Below are positions 1 through 7,296 of a stretch of 20,000 bases of DNA, in pieces (the first letter of the stretch is position 1; each line of letters begins with the position of its first letter). The notes beneath the pieces were generated by a model. The model was given only the letters and a program-made list of their open reading frames with translations, did not search any database and had not been told where the DNA came from. Made by a program: the position numbers and the translations under genes. Origin of the DNA: an uncultured virus (IMG/VR IMGVR_UViG_3300035181_002482) (Duplodnaviria; Heunggongvirae; Uroviricota; Caudoviricetes); the IMG/VR virus record IMGVR_UViG_3300035181_002482, one strand, 5' to 3'.

Positions 1-464
1 AGATCCTTGAGGCCGTGATTCGATTCCGCACGCTTCTCGTCGAGGAGATAGTGCGCCAGCATGGTGTCGAAAACGAAGGCCGCAATCTCGATGTCGAAGT
101 TGCGGAAGATCCATTGCACATCGAACTTGCCGTTGTGCATGATCTTCGGCGTGCTGGACTCAAGGATCTCCTTGAGCCCAGCGATCACCGCTGGCCAGAT
201 CGCGTCGGGCCAGTGCTTCTTCCGCCCGGAGTTACCCTTGTACAGCGGAAGGTACGCGGCCTCGCCATGGGCCCAGCTGAAGCTGCAGCCAATAACCTCG
301 ATGTCGAGAACACTAAACTCACGAGCGGCATCCTTCGCCCGGTGGCTTTTCCCGGTGGTGTGATCCGTCTCGATGTCGAAGGCGAGGCGCTTGGCGCTGC
401 GCAGCTTCTGAAAGAGCCAGTGCAGTTTCTTGGGGGTGTTGACGAGGGTATAGTGCCTGTTCAC
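1..464 (-). CDS. polA: DNA polymerase I-like (family A type), N-terminal 3'-5' exonuclease domain; runs off the left edge
   Basis: Not in the ORF track; translated by hand. GTG at 464 with GGGAGG RBS at 470-475. Reads MNRHYTLVNTPKKLHWLFQKLRSAKRLAFDIETDH (ExoI) ... KIMHNGKFDVQW (ExoII) ... VFDTMLAHYLLDEKRAESNHGLKDL. The polymerase domain itself is outside the window. Confidence 0.85.
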   Translation of the reverse strand, partial: MNRHYTLVNTPKKLHWLFQKLRSAKRLAFDIETDHTTGKSHRAKDAAREFSVLDIEVIGCSFSWAHGEAAYLPLYKGNSGRKKHWPDAIWPAVIAGLKEILESSTPKIMHNGKFDVQWIFRNFDIEIAAFVFDTMLAHYLLDEKRAESNHGLKD

Positions 465-631
465 GACGGCCTCCCTTGGCCCTTGCAACGATCGAAGGCG
501 GCGGGGCAGAAACGGGAGTCCGTGCAAACACGCTCCTCGTAACACCCAAAGCAATCCGGGTTCTCACAGACATCAACGGGCTTGAGAGGGGTTATCTCAC
601 CGATAATCAGGGGTCGCTTCTTTACGGCCAT
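461..631 (-). CDS. Small Cys-rich protein, 56 aa (putative Zn or Fe-S binding)
   Basis: Not in the ORF track. MAVKKRPLIIGEITPLKPVDVCENPDCFGCYEERVCTDSRFCPAAFDRCKGQGRPS. GAGGT RBS at 636-640. Its TGA overlaps the polymerase GTG (GTGA). It fills the gap between the terminator and the polymerase. Confidence 0.75.
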   Translation of the reverse strand: MAVKKRPLIIGEITPLKPVDVCENPDCFGCYEERVCTDSRFCPAAFDRCKGQGRPS

Positions 632-653
632 TCATACCTCATGATCAACACTG

Positions 654-659
654 ATTATA
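654..659 (-). promoter_or_regulatory. Putative -10 box (TATAAT) for the small Cys protein/polymerase unit
   Basis: Perfect TATAAT in a GC-rich sequence, just after a terminator and preceded by GT like other promoters here. No convincing -35 at 16-17 nt. Confidence 0.45.
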
Positions 660-670
660 ACGATTCCACG

Positions 671-698
671 AAAGCAAAAGGCCCCTTGCGGGGCCTTT
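671..698 (-). terminator. Rho-independent terminator
   Basis: Minus strand AAAGGCCCC-GCAA-GGGGCCTTT then TGCTTT. GNRA loop and U-rich tail, about 30 nt after the stop at 728. Confidence 0.9.
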
Positions 699-727
699 CG
701 TGAGCAACGTCGATCAGATTGATTCGA

Positions 728-2236
728 TCAGGCGGTCGCCACCGCAGGGGCTGCATCCGCGGCTGGCGCGGCCTCGGCCTTGGGCTCCTTCGGGGCCCGC
801 ACGACCGGCACCGAGGCCATCACCTTGGTCGAGTTGATCATGCCGCCGCTCAGCTCGATCAGGCCCTTGGCGGCGCTGAGATCGCCGATGACGCTGTTGA
901 ACCGGATCTCGGCGGTGAAGCCGCGCTCCTTGACCATGGCGAGCAGGTCGTTGCGGCTGATCTTGGACGCCGGGTCCTTGAGGATCTGGAGGACCGTGAA
1001 GGCGAGGCTGCCCTGGCGGTAGCCCTCGATCTCGTGGGCCTGCAGGCCCTCCGGCTTCTCCACCTTGGCGCCGGGCGGCGCGTTCGGGTCCTTCGGTGCC
1101 TTGGGGGCGCGGGGGGTCTTGGCGGCCTTGGGCTCCTTCGGGGCACGGGGCGCCTTGACCGCGATCGGGGTGAACTCGGCCGGCTCGCAGGTGGCGAAGG
1201 TGTACGTCTTGACCGCCGCCGTGCCCTCGCCCGTCGAGGTGCTCGTGATGGCGCCGGATGCCTCGAGTGCGTCGAGGAGGGGGAAGAGCTTCTTGTGGAC
1301 GAAGATCCCGTCACGGAGGCCGCTCGACTTGCAGATGGTCTCGAGCGTGGCGGTCTTGAGCGCCGCCAGCATAGAGACGGCGCGGTATCCGACGCTGGTC
1401 GGGGCCAGGTCATAGACCCACGCGATCTTGTCGACGAGGCTGTCGGAGGCCGGATTCGCGGGCTTGGGCTTCTTCTCCTTCTTCTCCTTCTTGACCTTGC
1501 CACCCTCGGCGCCATCGGCCGCTGCGGGCGCGGCCGGGGGCAGCGGAGGGGGCGCTGGATAGTTGTCCGGCGTTGTGGCGGGGACGGCAGTCGTGGAGTC
1601 GGAGGAGGCGGGGTTCGTGTCCATGGGGGTCATCTCGTTCGTTGTCGGGGGTACTGCGTTAGCGAGGGTAGGGATAGCGATCGTTTCGGGGGATGCAACC
1701 TCGATCGGCAAACTTTCGACCGGGAGGCTGGCGGCTGCAGGGGGTGCGACCCCCAAGAGGCTAGAGGAGACTGTTGCCGTATCGGGGGATGGCGAATCGA
1801 TACGAGGGGCCGCGCTGACCGGATGGTCGACTGGCTCCTTGGCGGGAACGAAGAGCTTGGGGGTGCTTGGCGGGGGCAGCACCTGGTTAGCAGCTGGCTT
1901 GCTAAGCCTCTCAATCAGGCTGAGAAGTTCCGGGTAGCTCAGGCTCTCGAGGTGAGCCTTGTGCTCGTCGTTGAATCCTTCGATGAGCCGGCTGGCGTGA
2001 TAAATCGCGCAGGCATGGGTTATCGCGCATACCTTCGGCGCGGCATCGGTCACCTCGGGGTTGCAGACCCGTGAGTTGAGCAGGGGGCTCGAGAAACACG
2101 GGATCTGACTGATCCTCTCGGGGCGCACTTGGTACCCCGTCATCTTGCCTATTTCTTGCAAGATGGGCAGGGTGAGTTTGACCGGCTTCGCGATGACTGC
2201 CCGGGGCTTGATCTCATCCTTGGCGGGGATATCCAT
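728..2236 (-). CDS. Putative nucleoid/DNA-binding protein: N-terminal Cys domain, P/A/S/T-rich linker, two winged-helix-like domains, Lys/Ala/Pro-rich (histone H1-like) segments
   Basis: ATG 2236 (MDIPAK, 502 aa) is preferred over the track start at 2332, which overlaps the upstream gene and lies beyond the promoter. wHTH-like segments at about 1200-1440 and 843-1042. Basic tracts KVKKEKKEKKPKP and KAPRAPKEPKAAKTPRAPKAPKDPNAP. Strong GC3 bias in the 3' half; followed by a strong terminator. Confidence 0.7.
   Translation of the reverse strand: MDIPAKDEIKPRAVIAKPVKLTLPILQEIGKMTGYQVRPERISQIPCFSSPLLNSRVCNPEVTDAAPKVCAITHACAIYHASRLIEGFNDEHKAHLESLSYPELLSLIERLSKPAANQVLPPPSTPKLFVPAKEPVDHPVSAAPRIDSPSPDTATVSSSLLGVAPPAAASLPVESLPIEVASPETIAIPTLANAVPPTTNEMTPMDTNPASSDSTTAVPATTPDNYPAPPPLPPAAPAAADGAEGGKVKKEKKEKKPKPANPASDSLVDKIAWVYDLAPTSVGYRAVSMLAALKTATLETICKSSGLRDGIFVHKKLFPLLDALEASGAITSTSTGEGTAAVKTYTFATCEPAEFTPIAVKAPRAPKEPKAAKTPRAPKAPKDPNAPPGAKVEKPEGLQAHEIEGYRQGSLAFTVLQILKDPASKISRNDLLAMVKERGFTAEIRFNSVIGDLSAAKGLIELSGGMINSTKVMASVPVVRAPKEPKAEAAPAADAAPAVATA
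1671..1698 (-). promoter_or_regulatory. Possible internal promoter TTGCAT-N16-TATCCC
   Basis: Same N16 spacing as the other promoters here; lies upstream of in-frame ATGs at 1633 and 1624, where codon bias shifts. Confidence 0.35.
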
Positions 2237-2245
2237 CGTCGACTC

Positions 2246-2274
2246 ACTGTGGTAAGGTTGCACTTCTCTGTCAA
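2246..2274 (-). promoter_or_regulatory. Putative sigma70-type promoter TTGACA-N17-CACAGT
   Basis: Perfect -35 at 2269-2274 in the short intergenic gap; weak -10 lying 9 nt before ATG 2236. Confidence 0.5.
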
Positions 2275-2304
2275 GCACGCGATGTGAAAAAGCATCGATG
2301 TCGA

Positions 2305-2694
2305 TCAGAATGGCAAGTCCCCGGTGAGGCAAAGGGCAACAAACGCATCACGGCCCCGGATAAGCAGCGGGGATTCCAAGGGGAGCTGCGCTGGGAGATC
2401 ACGCTGGATCAGATGGAACCCGATGTCGGAGATCCCGAGAACGGCCAGGAGATACGGGGGCGCCGGAGGGGTGGGTAGGATCACCACCCCGTCCTGCGTC
2501 ATGGCCATCACGCCGGGGAGGCGCAGCTGCCCGATAACGAGCGATCCGCCCTCGTACCGACCATGGACCGCCTTCGTTGGCTCAAGGGCCAGATACGCGG
2601 CATAGGCGCCCAGCAAAGGGCCATCCCCGAGGCGAGCCTCCTCGGGCAGGGTGATCCGGGCCACACCGAGAAGGAAGCCAACGAGGAGGCTCAT
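2305..2694 (-). CDS. Hypothetical protein, 129 aa
   Basis: ATG 2694 lies immediately after the dnaN stop (2697); co-oriented and fills the gap. Ends ...PLLIRGRDAFVALCLTGDLPF. Confidence 0.65.
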   Translation of the reverse strand: MSLLVGFLLGVARITLPEEARLGDGPLLGAYAAYLALEPTKAVHGRYEGGSLVIGQLRLPGVMAMTQDGVVILPTPPAPPYLLAVLGISDIGFHLIQRDLPAQLPLESPLLIRGRDAFVALCLTGDLPF

Positions 2695-2696
2695 GG

Positions 2697-3932
2697 TCAA
2701 TCCAGGCGGAGGGGGATGCTGATCACAGCGACGTTGTGTCGATCTTCGCGGATCACCACAAACGGGGTATGCTGATCGCGGATGTAAAAGGTGACCTTGT
2801 CGCCGCCGAGATTCTTCACGATATCCCGGACATAGGCCCAGTTCATTCCCGTCTTGATCTCGCCGGGGAGCGGCTCGGGGCAGGTGGCGAGAACCTTGGC
2901 CTGACTGCTTCCCTCCGAGTGCTTGTTGAGGCCCTTCAAGGCGATCACGTACTGATCGCCTGTTTGCCCTTCGACCGTGAACTGCACGCAGTTGTCCTCG
3001 CGGAGGAGCGCGACGCTGGCCTTGGCGAGACCATCGAGAAAGTCCGCCGTGCTAATCGTGATCGGGTAGCGGGGAAGCTCCATAGGCTTCCCTTCGCCGT
3101 CCTTGACGGTGATCGGATACTGCTTGTCGCCCATCTTGTGCATCGATAGGGGAGACTGGATATAGTTCCCGAGCGGGTACTGATCCTCGAGGGCGACGAA
3201 GCGTGCCGAGAATCCGGGTCCCTCGAGAACGATCCCGCTGTGCGCGGGATCGAGACCCATGATGGTCCCAGCGGGAGCTGTGGCCAGGATAGGGACAGCA
3301 CGGCCCTGGATCACCATCCGGTGATGGCAACCATGATCCAGGGCGAAGCGGGCCAGATAGTACACCTGGACACCGAAGGCCACGAACCACACCTCCCCGG
3401 GGCGCGTAAGATCGATGAGGACACCCGCGTACTTGTTGTCGGGCCGGGGCTCGGGATCGAGGCAGGCGTTGACCTTGACGATGGCTTCGATCATCGATTC
3501 CGTGAGCACGAAGCAGGCGGCGCAATCCTTGGGATCGGTCCAGCTCAGCGCGCTGGGCTCCGCGGTGTACGTGGGGAGCGAGACCTTGAACTCACCCTGC
3601 TTGATGATGATCTTCTCATCCTTGGCCTCGAGGGTGATATCGGCGTCCCCATAGCACTGCTTGAGAACTGCCTGGAACTTGTCGGCGTGAACACGGACGG
3701 TGCCATCCTCCTCGGCGTTGATGCTGACGTCGCTGACCGTGTGGAGGTCCATGTCGACCGCGGAGATGTAGAGCTTGCCGTTCTCCGCATGGATCGTGAT
3801 GTGGTCGTATTCGGGCTTGAGCGCCGATGCCTTCTTCCGCGACTTGGTACTGTTGCCGTCGCCGGCAACGAGGCTGGCACGCTCGATCTGGCGGCGGATA
3901 GCGTCGGGGGTGGTCTTGATCTTGAGGGGCAT
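2697..3932 (-). CDS. dnaN: DNA polymerase III beta subunit (sliding clamp), divergent
   Basis: 411 aa with clamp-like motifs: ITIHAENGKLYISAVDMDL, EEDGTVRVHADKF, YAGVLID, LEDQYP, GMNWAYVRDIVKNLGGDKVTF, TPFVVI and C-terminal IPLRL. Confidence 0.9.
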   Translation of the reverse strand: MPLKIKTTPDAIRRQIERASLVAGDGNSTKSRKKASALKPEYDHITIHAENGKLYISAVDMDLHTVSDVSINAEEDGTVRVHADKFQAVLKQCYGDADITLEAKDEKIIIKQGEFKVSLPTYTAEPSALSWTDPKDCAACFVLTESMIEAIVKVNACLDPEPRPDNKYAGVLIDLTRPGEVWFVAFGVQVYYLARFALDHGCHHRMVIQGRAVPILATAPAGTIMGLDPAHSGIVLEGPGFSARFVALEDQYPLGNYIQSPLSMHKMGDKQYPITVKDGEGKPMELPRYPITISTADFLDGLAKASVALLREDNCVQFTVEGQTGDQYVIALKGLNKHSEGSSQAKVLATCPEPLPGEIKTGMNWAYVRDIVKNLGGDKVTFYIRDQHTPFVVIREDRHNVAVISIPLRLD

Positions 3933-3934
3933 AG

Positions 3935-4864
3935 TTATCGCTCGAACATGTCGTCGATGATGTGTGCGTTGCGCGTGCGCCGTTCGACTTCGGTCATCGC
4001 GCGGGGTGCATAGACATTAGGGATTGCCTCGAGGGCAGCTTCCCGCGCCCGCCGCTGCAGTCCGACCCCATACCGGGGATCTGATCCATCATCGACGGAG
4101 AGCATCCGGGCAACCTGCGCGCGGGGATCGATATCCTCCGCCAGAACCGCGTTTAGCTCATCAGCATCGAAAGCACCCTCTGCCATGAACGCAAGGGCAT
4201 CGAGCACATCTCGAGGGAGCTTCGATTCGAGATAGGTGTGAAGCTCCCGCTGGGCAAGCTGCTCCTCGGGGTTGGCCCATTCCGGCGATGCAGCGAGATC
4301 AAGCTCGGTGAGGGACGACCCGTCGTCATCGAAAAGCTCACGGGCGGGAGCTTCGGAGTAGACCCTCTGATACCTCCCCCGCGTGGTCGAGACCATCCGA
4401 CGATGCGCCCGCGAGAACACCATCTCGGAGTCCTCCTTCGTGCGCTTCTTGAAGCCGCGCCGTTCCGAGAAGCGTCGGCTGAACTGCTCCGAGAGGTGTT
4501 GAATCATCCCGGTGTAAACGAAGGACGACATCGAGCATTTCTCGAAGTGTTCGACCACGCTTTTCGAGAGAAGCAGCATCTCGTCCTTGCGCCTGACTAG
4601 GTACGCATCCTCGAAGGTCTCGATCACCTCCCAGAGTTGACGCACCTTCCCCGGCGGTGTGTAGCGCACCTGATGGAGCCGGTATGACTTGATGTCGAAA
4701 ACGATCTTGAGAAGCAATCCCTGCTGGCAATCCTCCTCGGATTCCCCTGTGGACTGCATCAGGGAATGGACAAGGTTGCCGATCTTCGGCATCCATTTCT
4801 TGACGACGGCCGCCATCTCGGGGTCTTCCCGGTGCAGGCTTGCCATGAAGCTGGGGGTGATCAA
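3935..4864 (-). CDS. Sigma70-family RNA polymerase sigma factor-like protein (divergent)
   Basis: TTG start with AGGAG RBS 8 nt upstream. Region 2-like VVKKWMPKIGNLVH...GESEEDCQQGLLLKI...Y and SMSSFVYTGMIQHL. SigH/ECF-like NPEEQLAQRELHTYLESKLPRDVLDALAFMAEG followed by an HTH-like RAQVARMLSV. Confidence 0.65.
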   Translation of the reverse strand: MITPSFMASLHREDPEMAAVVKKWMPKIGNLVHSLMQSTGESEEDCQQGLLLKIVFDIKSYRLHQVRYTPPGKVRQLWEVIETFEDAYLVRRKDEMLLLSKSVVEHFEKCSMSSFVYTGMIQHLSEQFSRRFSERRGFKKRTKEDSEMVFSRAHRRMVSTTRGRYQRVYSEAPARELFDDDGSSLTELDLAASPEWANPEEQLAQRELHTYLESKLPRDVLDALAFMAEGAFDADELNAVLAEDIDPRAQVARMLSVDDGSDPRYGVGLQRRAREAALEAIPNVYAPRAMTEVERRTRNAHIIDDMFER

Positions 4865-4867
4865 GAC

Positions 4868-4916
4868 GGGTACTCCTGCGTCGCCTTGAGGCGGGATAAC
4901 GACGCTGGAGGCACCC
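4868..4916 (-). promoter_or_regulatory. RBS-sequestering mRNA hairpin between primase and sigma factor
   Basis: mRNA GGGUG-C-CUCC-A-GCGUCGUU...GGCGACGC-A-GGAG-UACCC gives about 17 pairs including G-U. The 3' arm contains the AGGAG RBS. Confidence 0.7.
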
Positions 4917-5863
4917 TAAAACGAAAAGGTCTGACGGTCAAGGTCAGCGAACGCAAGTTGCAGGGAATCCAGGCTCATGGTGTCCGGGTCCTTGGCGTAC
5001 TTGCCGACGTTTATCGTTCCGGGGTTCGTGCCGAGAGCCACAAGATCCCCGTGAAGCTTGCGGATCGCGAGATCCGCCTTCAGGTCGAGGGCGATGATCG
5101 GCCGGCACCCGTACAGGTTGCAGATGGCGCGGATGCCCATGAGCTGAGGGGCACTCGCCTGGTTGCCCGAGAGACCGAGGACCGGGAGGCCATAGCTCGC
5201 AAAACGAAACACGTCAAACTGGCCCTCCACGATCAACAGGTTATCGATCCGGTCATAGAGGGGGATGCGATGCACACCAAACAGCCAGCGACCCATCTGG
5301 CTTCCGGAGGGGTGTCGATAACGAGGCTCCGTGACGTCGTCCATGGCGCGTCCCGTGAAGGTGGCCAGCTGACCTGCGGCGTCATAGATCGGGATCAAGA
5401 TTCGATCGTGCCATTTTCGATCAGGGGAGCGCGCAAGGGCAAAGCCTGCCTGGATCAGCTCGGGGCCATAGCGACGCTTGACGCTCATGTACGCGGGCCA
5501 GCTATCCGTCGTGATAAACTCGGCATCGATAGGCAGGGGCTGCCGTGCCTCTTCCTTGGGCCGTGGCGGCTTCGTGATAGCCAGAAGGTCCGCGTCCTCC
5601 CTGAGCCGGGGATAGCGGCTTCCCACGCGGGCCATCACATCGGCCCAGCTGCCTCCCTCGAGGAGCTTGATAAAGAGGGGGAAGCCTCCCCGTTTGCCGC
5701 ACCGGGAGGATCGACAGATCCATTGCCCGGTCTCGGCGTGAAGGGAGAAGCATTCATACTGCCCGCTTGGCCCCTGGAAGGGACACCATCCTCGATATCG
5801 ATCACCCTGGAGCTTGAGGTTCAGCTCCTTGCGCGAATGGATGTATTGATCAATGTTGATCAC
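4916..5863 (-). CDS. dnaG: DNA primase, DnaG-type (Zn finger + TOPRIM)
   Basis: WCPF...CFSL...WICRSSRCGKRG zinc finger; RILIPIYDAAGQLATFTGR; PRY; LLIVEGQFDV; KDPD. GTG start overlaps the helicase stop (GTGA). Confidence 0.92.
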   Translation of the reverse strand: MINIDQYIHSRKELNLKLQGDRYRGWCPFQGPSGQYECFSLHAETGQWICRSSRCGKRGGFPLFIKLLEGGSWADVMARVGSRYPRLREDADLLAITKPPRPKEEARQPLPIDAEFITTDSWPAYMSVKRRYGPELIQAGFALARSPDRKWHDRILIPIYDAAGQLATFTGRAMDDVTEPRYRHPSGSQMGRWLFGVHRIPLYDRIDNLLIVEGQFDVFRFASYGLPVLGLSGNQASAPQLMGIRAICNLYGCRPIIALDLKADLAIRKLHGDLVALGTNPGTINVGKYAKDPDTMSLDSLQLAFADLDRQTFSF

Positions 5864-7293
5864 CAGGGAGGGTCTCCGGGGTTACCAAGGTTATCTGATG
5901 CCTCATCCCACAGGGAGCGCTGGTTGACATCGATGCACATTGCATCGATCACGCTCTCAAGCTTGATGTCAGGCTGGATAATCTTACCATCGCGAAGGTA
6001 GAGGAGGCTGAGAAGGATCTGCGGGGGCTGCCACCCGGAGTCCTCGGTTTGGGTAACCTCAAGGTTTACGGCAATCGTGGCATCGACCGCCTGTGCAATA
6101 CCGATCGATCGACCCTGGTGAGAGGCGTTGATCTTGATCGGTTTGCCGGTGGTGTCGGTCTCGAGCCCCGCCATATTCGCCTGAGTAGCAGTGACAACAA
6201 TCGATTCGCGACCCTTCCTCTTGGCGTAACTCTGCATATCCCAGCAGATCTGTGTCTGCAGGTCGTTGTCACGGAGGCGCTCACCGGTAATGCTGACCGT
6301 GGTGCTTGGCTTGGCGATGTTGAGATAGTCGAAGATCGTCACCTCGGGGATGAATTGCTCTTCTTTCTCGAGCTTGGCGCAAGCTGCCTCCGTCTCGACC
6401 ATACCGATCCGATAAGGCTCCCCCTTGATGACCTTGACTCGATTTCCCCAGCTATCGAGTCGGGCAAGAAGGGTATCGGCGTATGCCTGCTCCTGCGGGG
6501 TCTTGAGAGCATTGACGATGCGCTCGTAGCCGATGCGCGTCACCATGGCATCCATACGGCTCAGGGTGAGATCTATGGTGTTTTCGGCGACAACCAGGCA
6601 CACGTTGAAGCCCTGGAGGAGCGCACTGAAAGCAGCCGATGCAAGGATGACGCTCTTGTATCGCTTCATAGGAGCCAGGAAGTTCGTCACGGTCCCGGGG
6701 ATCATCTTCACTTGCTGGTCGAACATCGGCACACCGAGAAGCAGCCTCGGGTGCAGATCGGGGTTATCCCGCTTATGGATACGCGCCTCCTCACGCCGCT
6801 GCCAATCCCGGGCATAATCGACAATGATGACTGCATTGCTGCTCAGCACCGTCGCCGCAGCGTTCACCTCCTGGCGAAGGTCTTCGAGCGCATTCCGGAC
6901 ATCGCGTGTCTCCTTGAAGCGTTCGTGAAACTTGACCGTCGCCATCGAGGTCCGTTCGAAGACGATGTAACGGCGAATCGAGACCATCGCATCAGCAAGC
7001 TTCGAGAGATCAGCTGCGAAGAGGTTCTCGATGATCGCGAGGTACTGATCCCGTTTGCTCAGATCAACAGCATAGGACTCATGGACGATCTGGTTGAGCA
7101 CCTCGCGACTAGGTACGGAATCCCCGAACTGCCGCACTATCCATCGATACGCCTCAACAGAGAACAGGTCGCCCTTGAGATAGGGGAGGATATCGCTGGC
7201 TTCGACATCTGGATGACGTTGCAGGAGGGAGGCAAGGATCACACCCTCGAAGGATGGATCGACGTAAACGAGGGAGCTGTTCGGTTCCGCCAT
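5860..7293 (-). CDS. dnaB: Replicative helicase, DnaB/T4 gp41-like (SF4)
   Basis: Walker A-like FLAPMKRYKS, catalytic Glu in VCLVVAEN, Walker B IFDYLNI, H3 VVTATQAN, H4-like SIGIAQAVDATIA and LRDG. Directly upstream of the primase. Confidence 0.85.
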   Translation of the reverse strand: MAEPNSSLVYVDPSFEGVILASLLQRHPDVEASDILPYLKGDLFSVEAYRWIVRQFGDSVPSREVLNQIVHESYAVDLSKRDQYLAIIENLFAADLSKLADAMVSIRRYIVFERTSMATVKFHERFKETRDVRNALEDLRQEVNAAATVLSSNAVIIVDYARDWQRREEARIHKRDNPDLHPRLLLGVPMFDQQVKMIPGTVTNFLAPMKRYKSVILASAAFSALLQGFNVCLVVAENTIDLTLSRMDAMVTRIGYERIVNALKTPQEQAYADTLLARLDSWGNRVKVIKGEPYRIGMVETEAACAKLEKEEQFIPEVTIFDYLNIAKPSTTVSITGERLRDNDLQTQICWDMQSYAKRKGRESIVVTATQANMAGLETDTTGKPIKINASHQGRSIGIAQAVDATIAVNLEVTQTEDSGWQPPQILLSLLYLRDGKIIQPDIKLESVIDAMCIDVNQRSLWDEASDNLGNPGDPPW

Positions 7294-7296
7294 AGG

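Noticed and set aside
2286..2306. Terminator-like ATCGA-CA-TCGAT followed by GCTTTTT on the minus strand
   Set aside because: The stem is too short and the loop too tight to call.
2237..2332. Track start at 2332 for the 534-aa ORF (similarly 19651 and 2700)
   Set aside because: These upstream starts overlap the neighbouring gene or lie within or upstream of the promoter. ATGs at 2236, 19642 and 2694 fit better.
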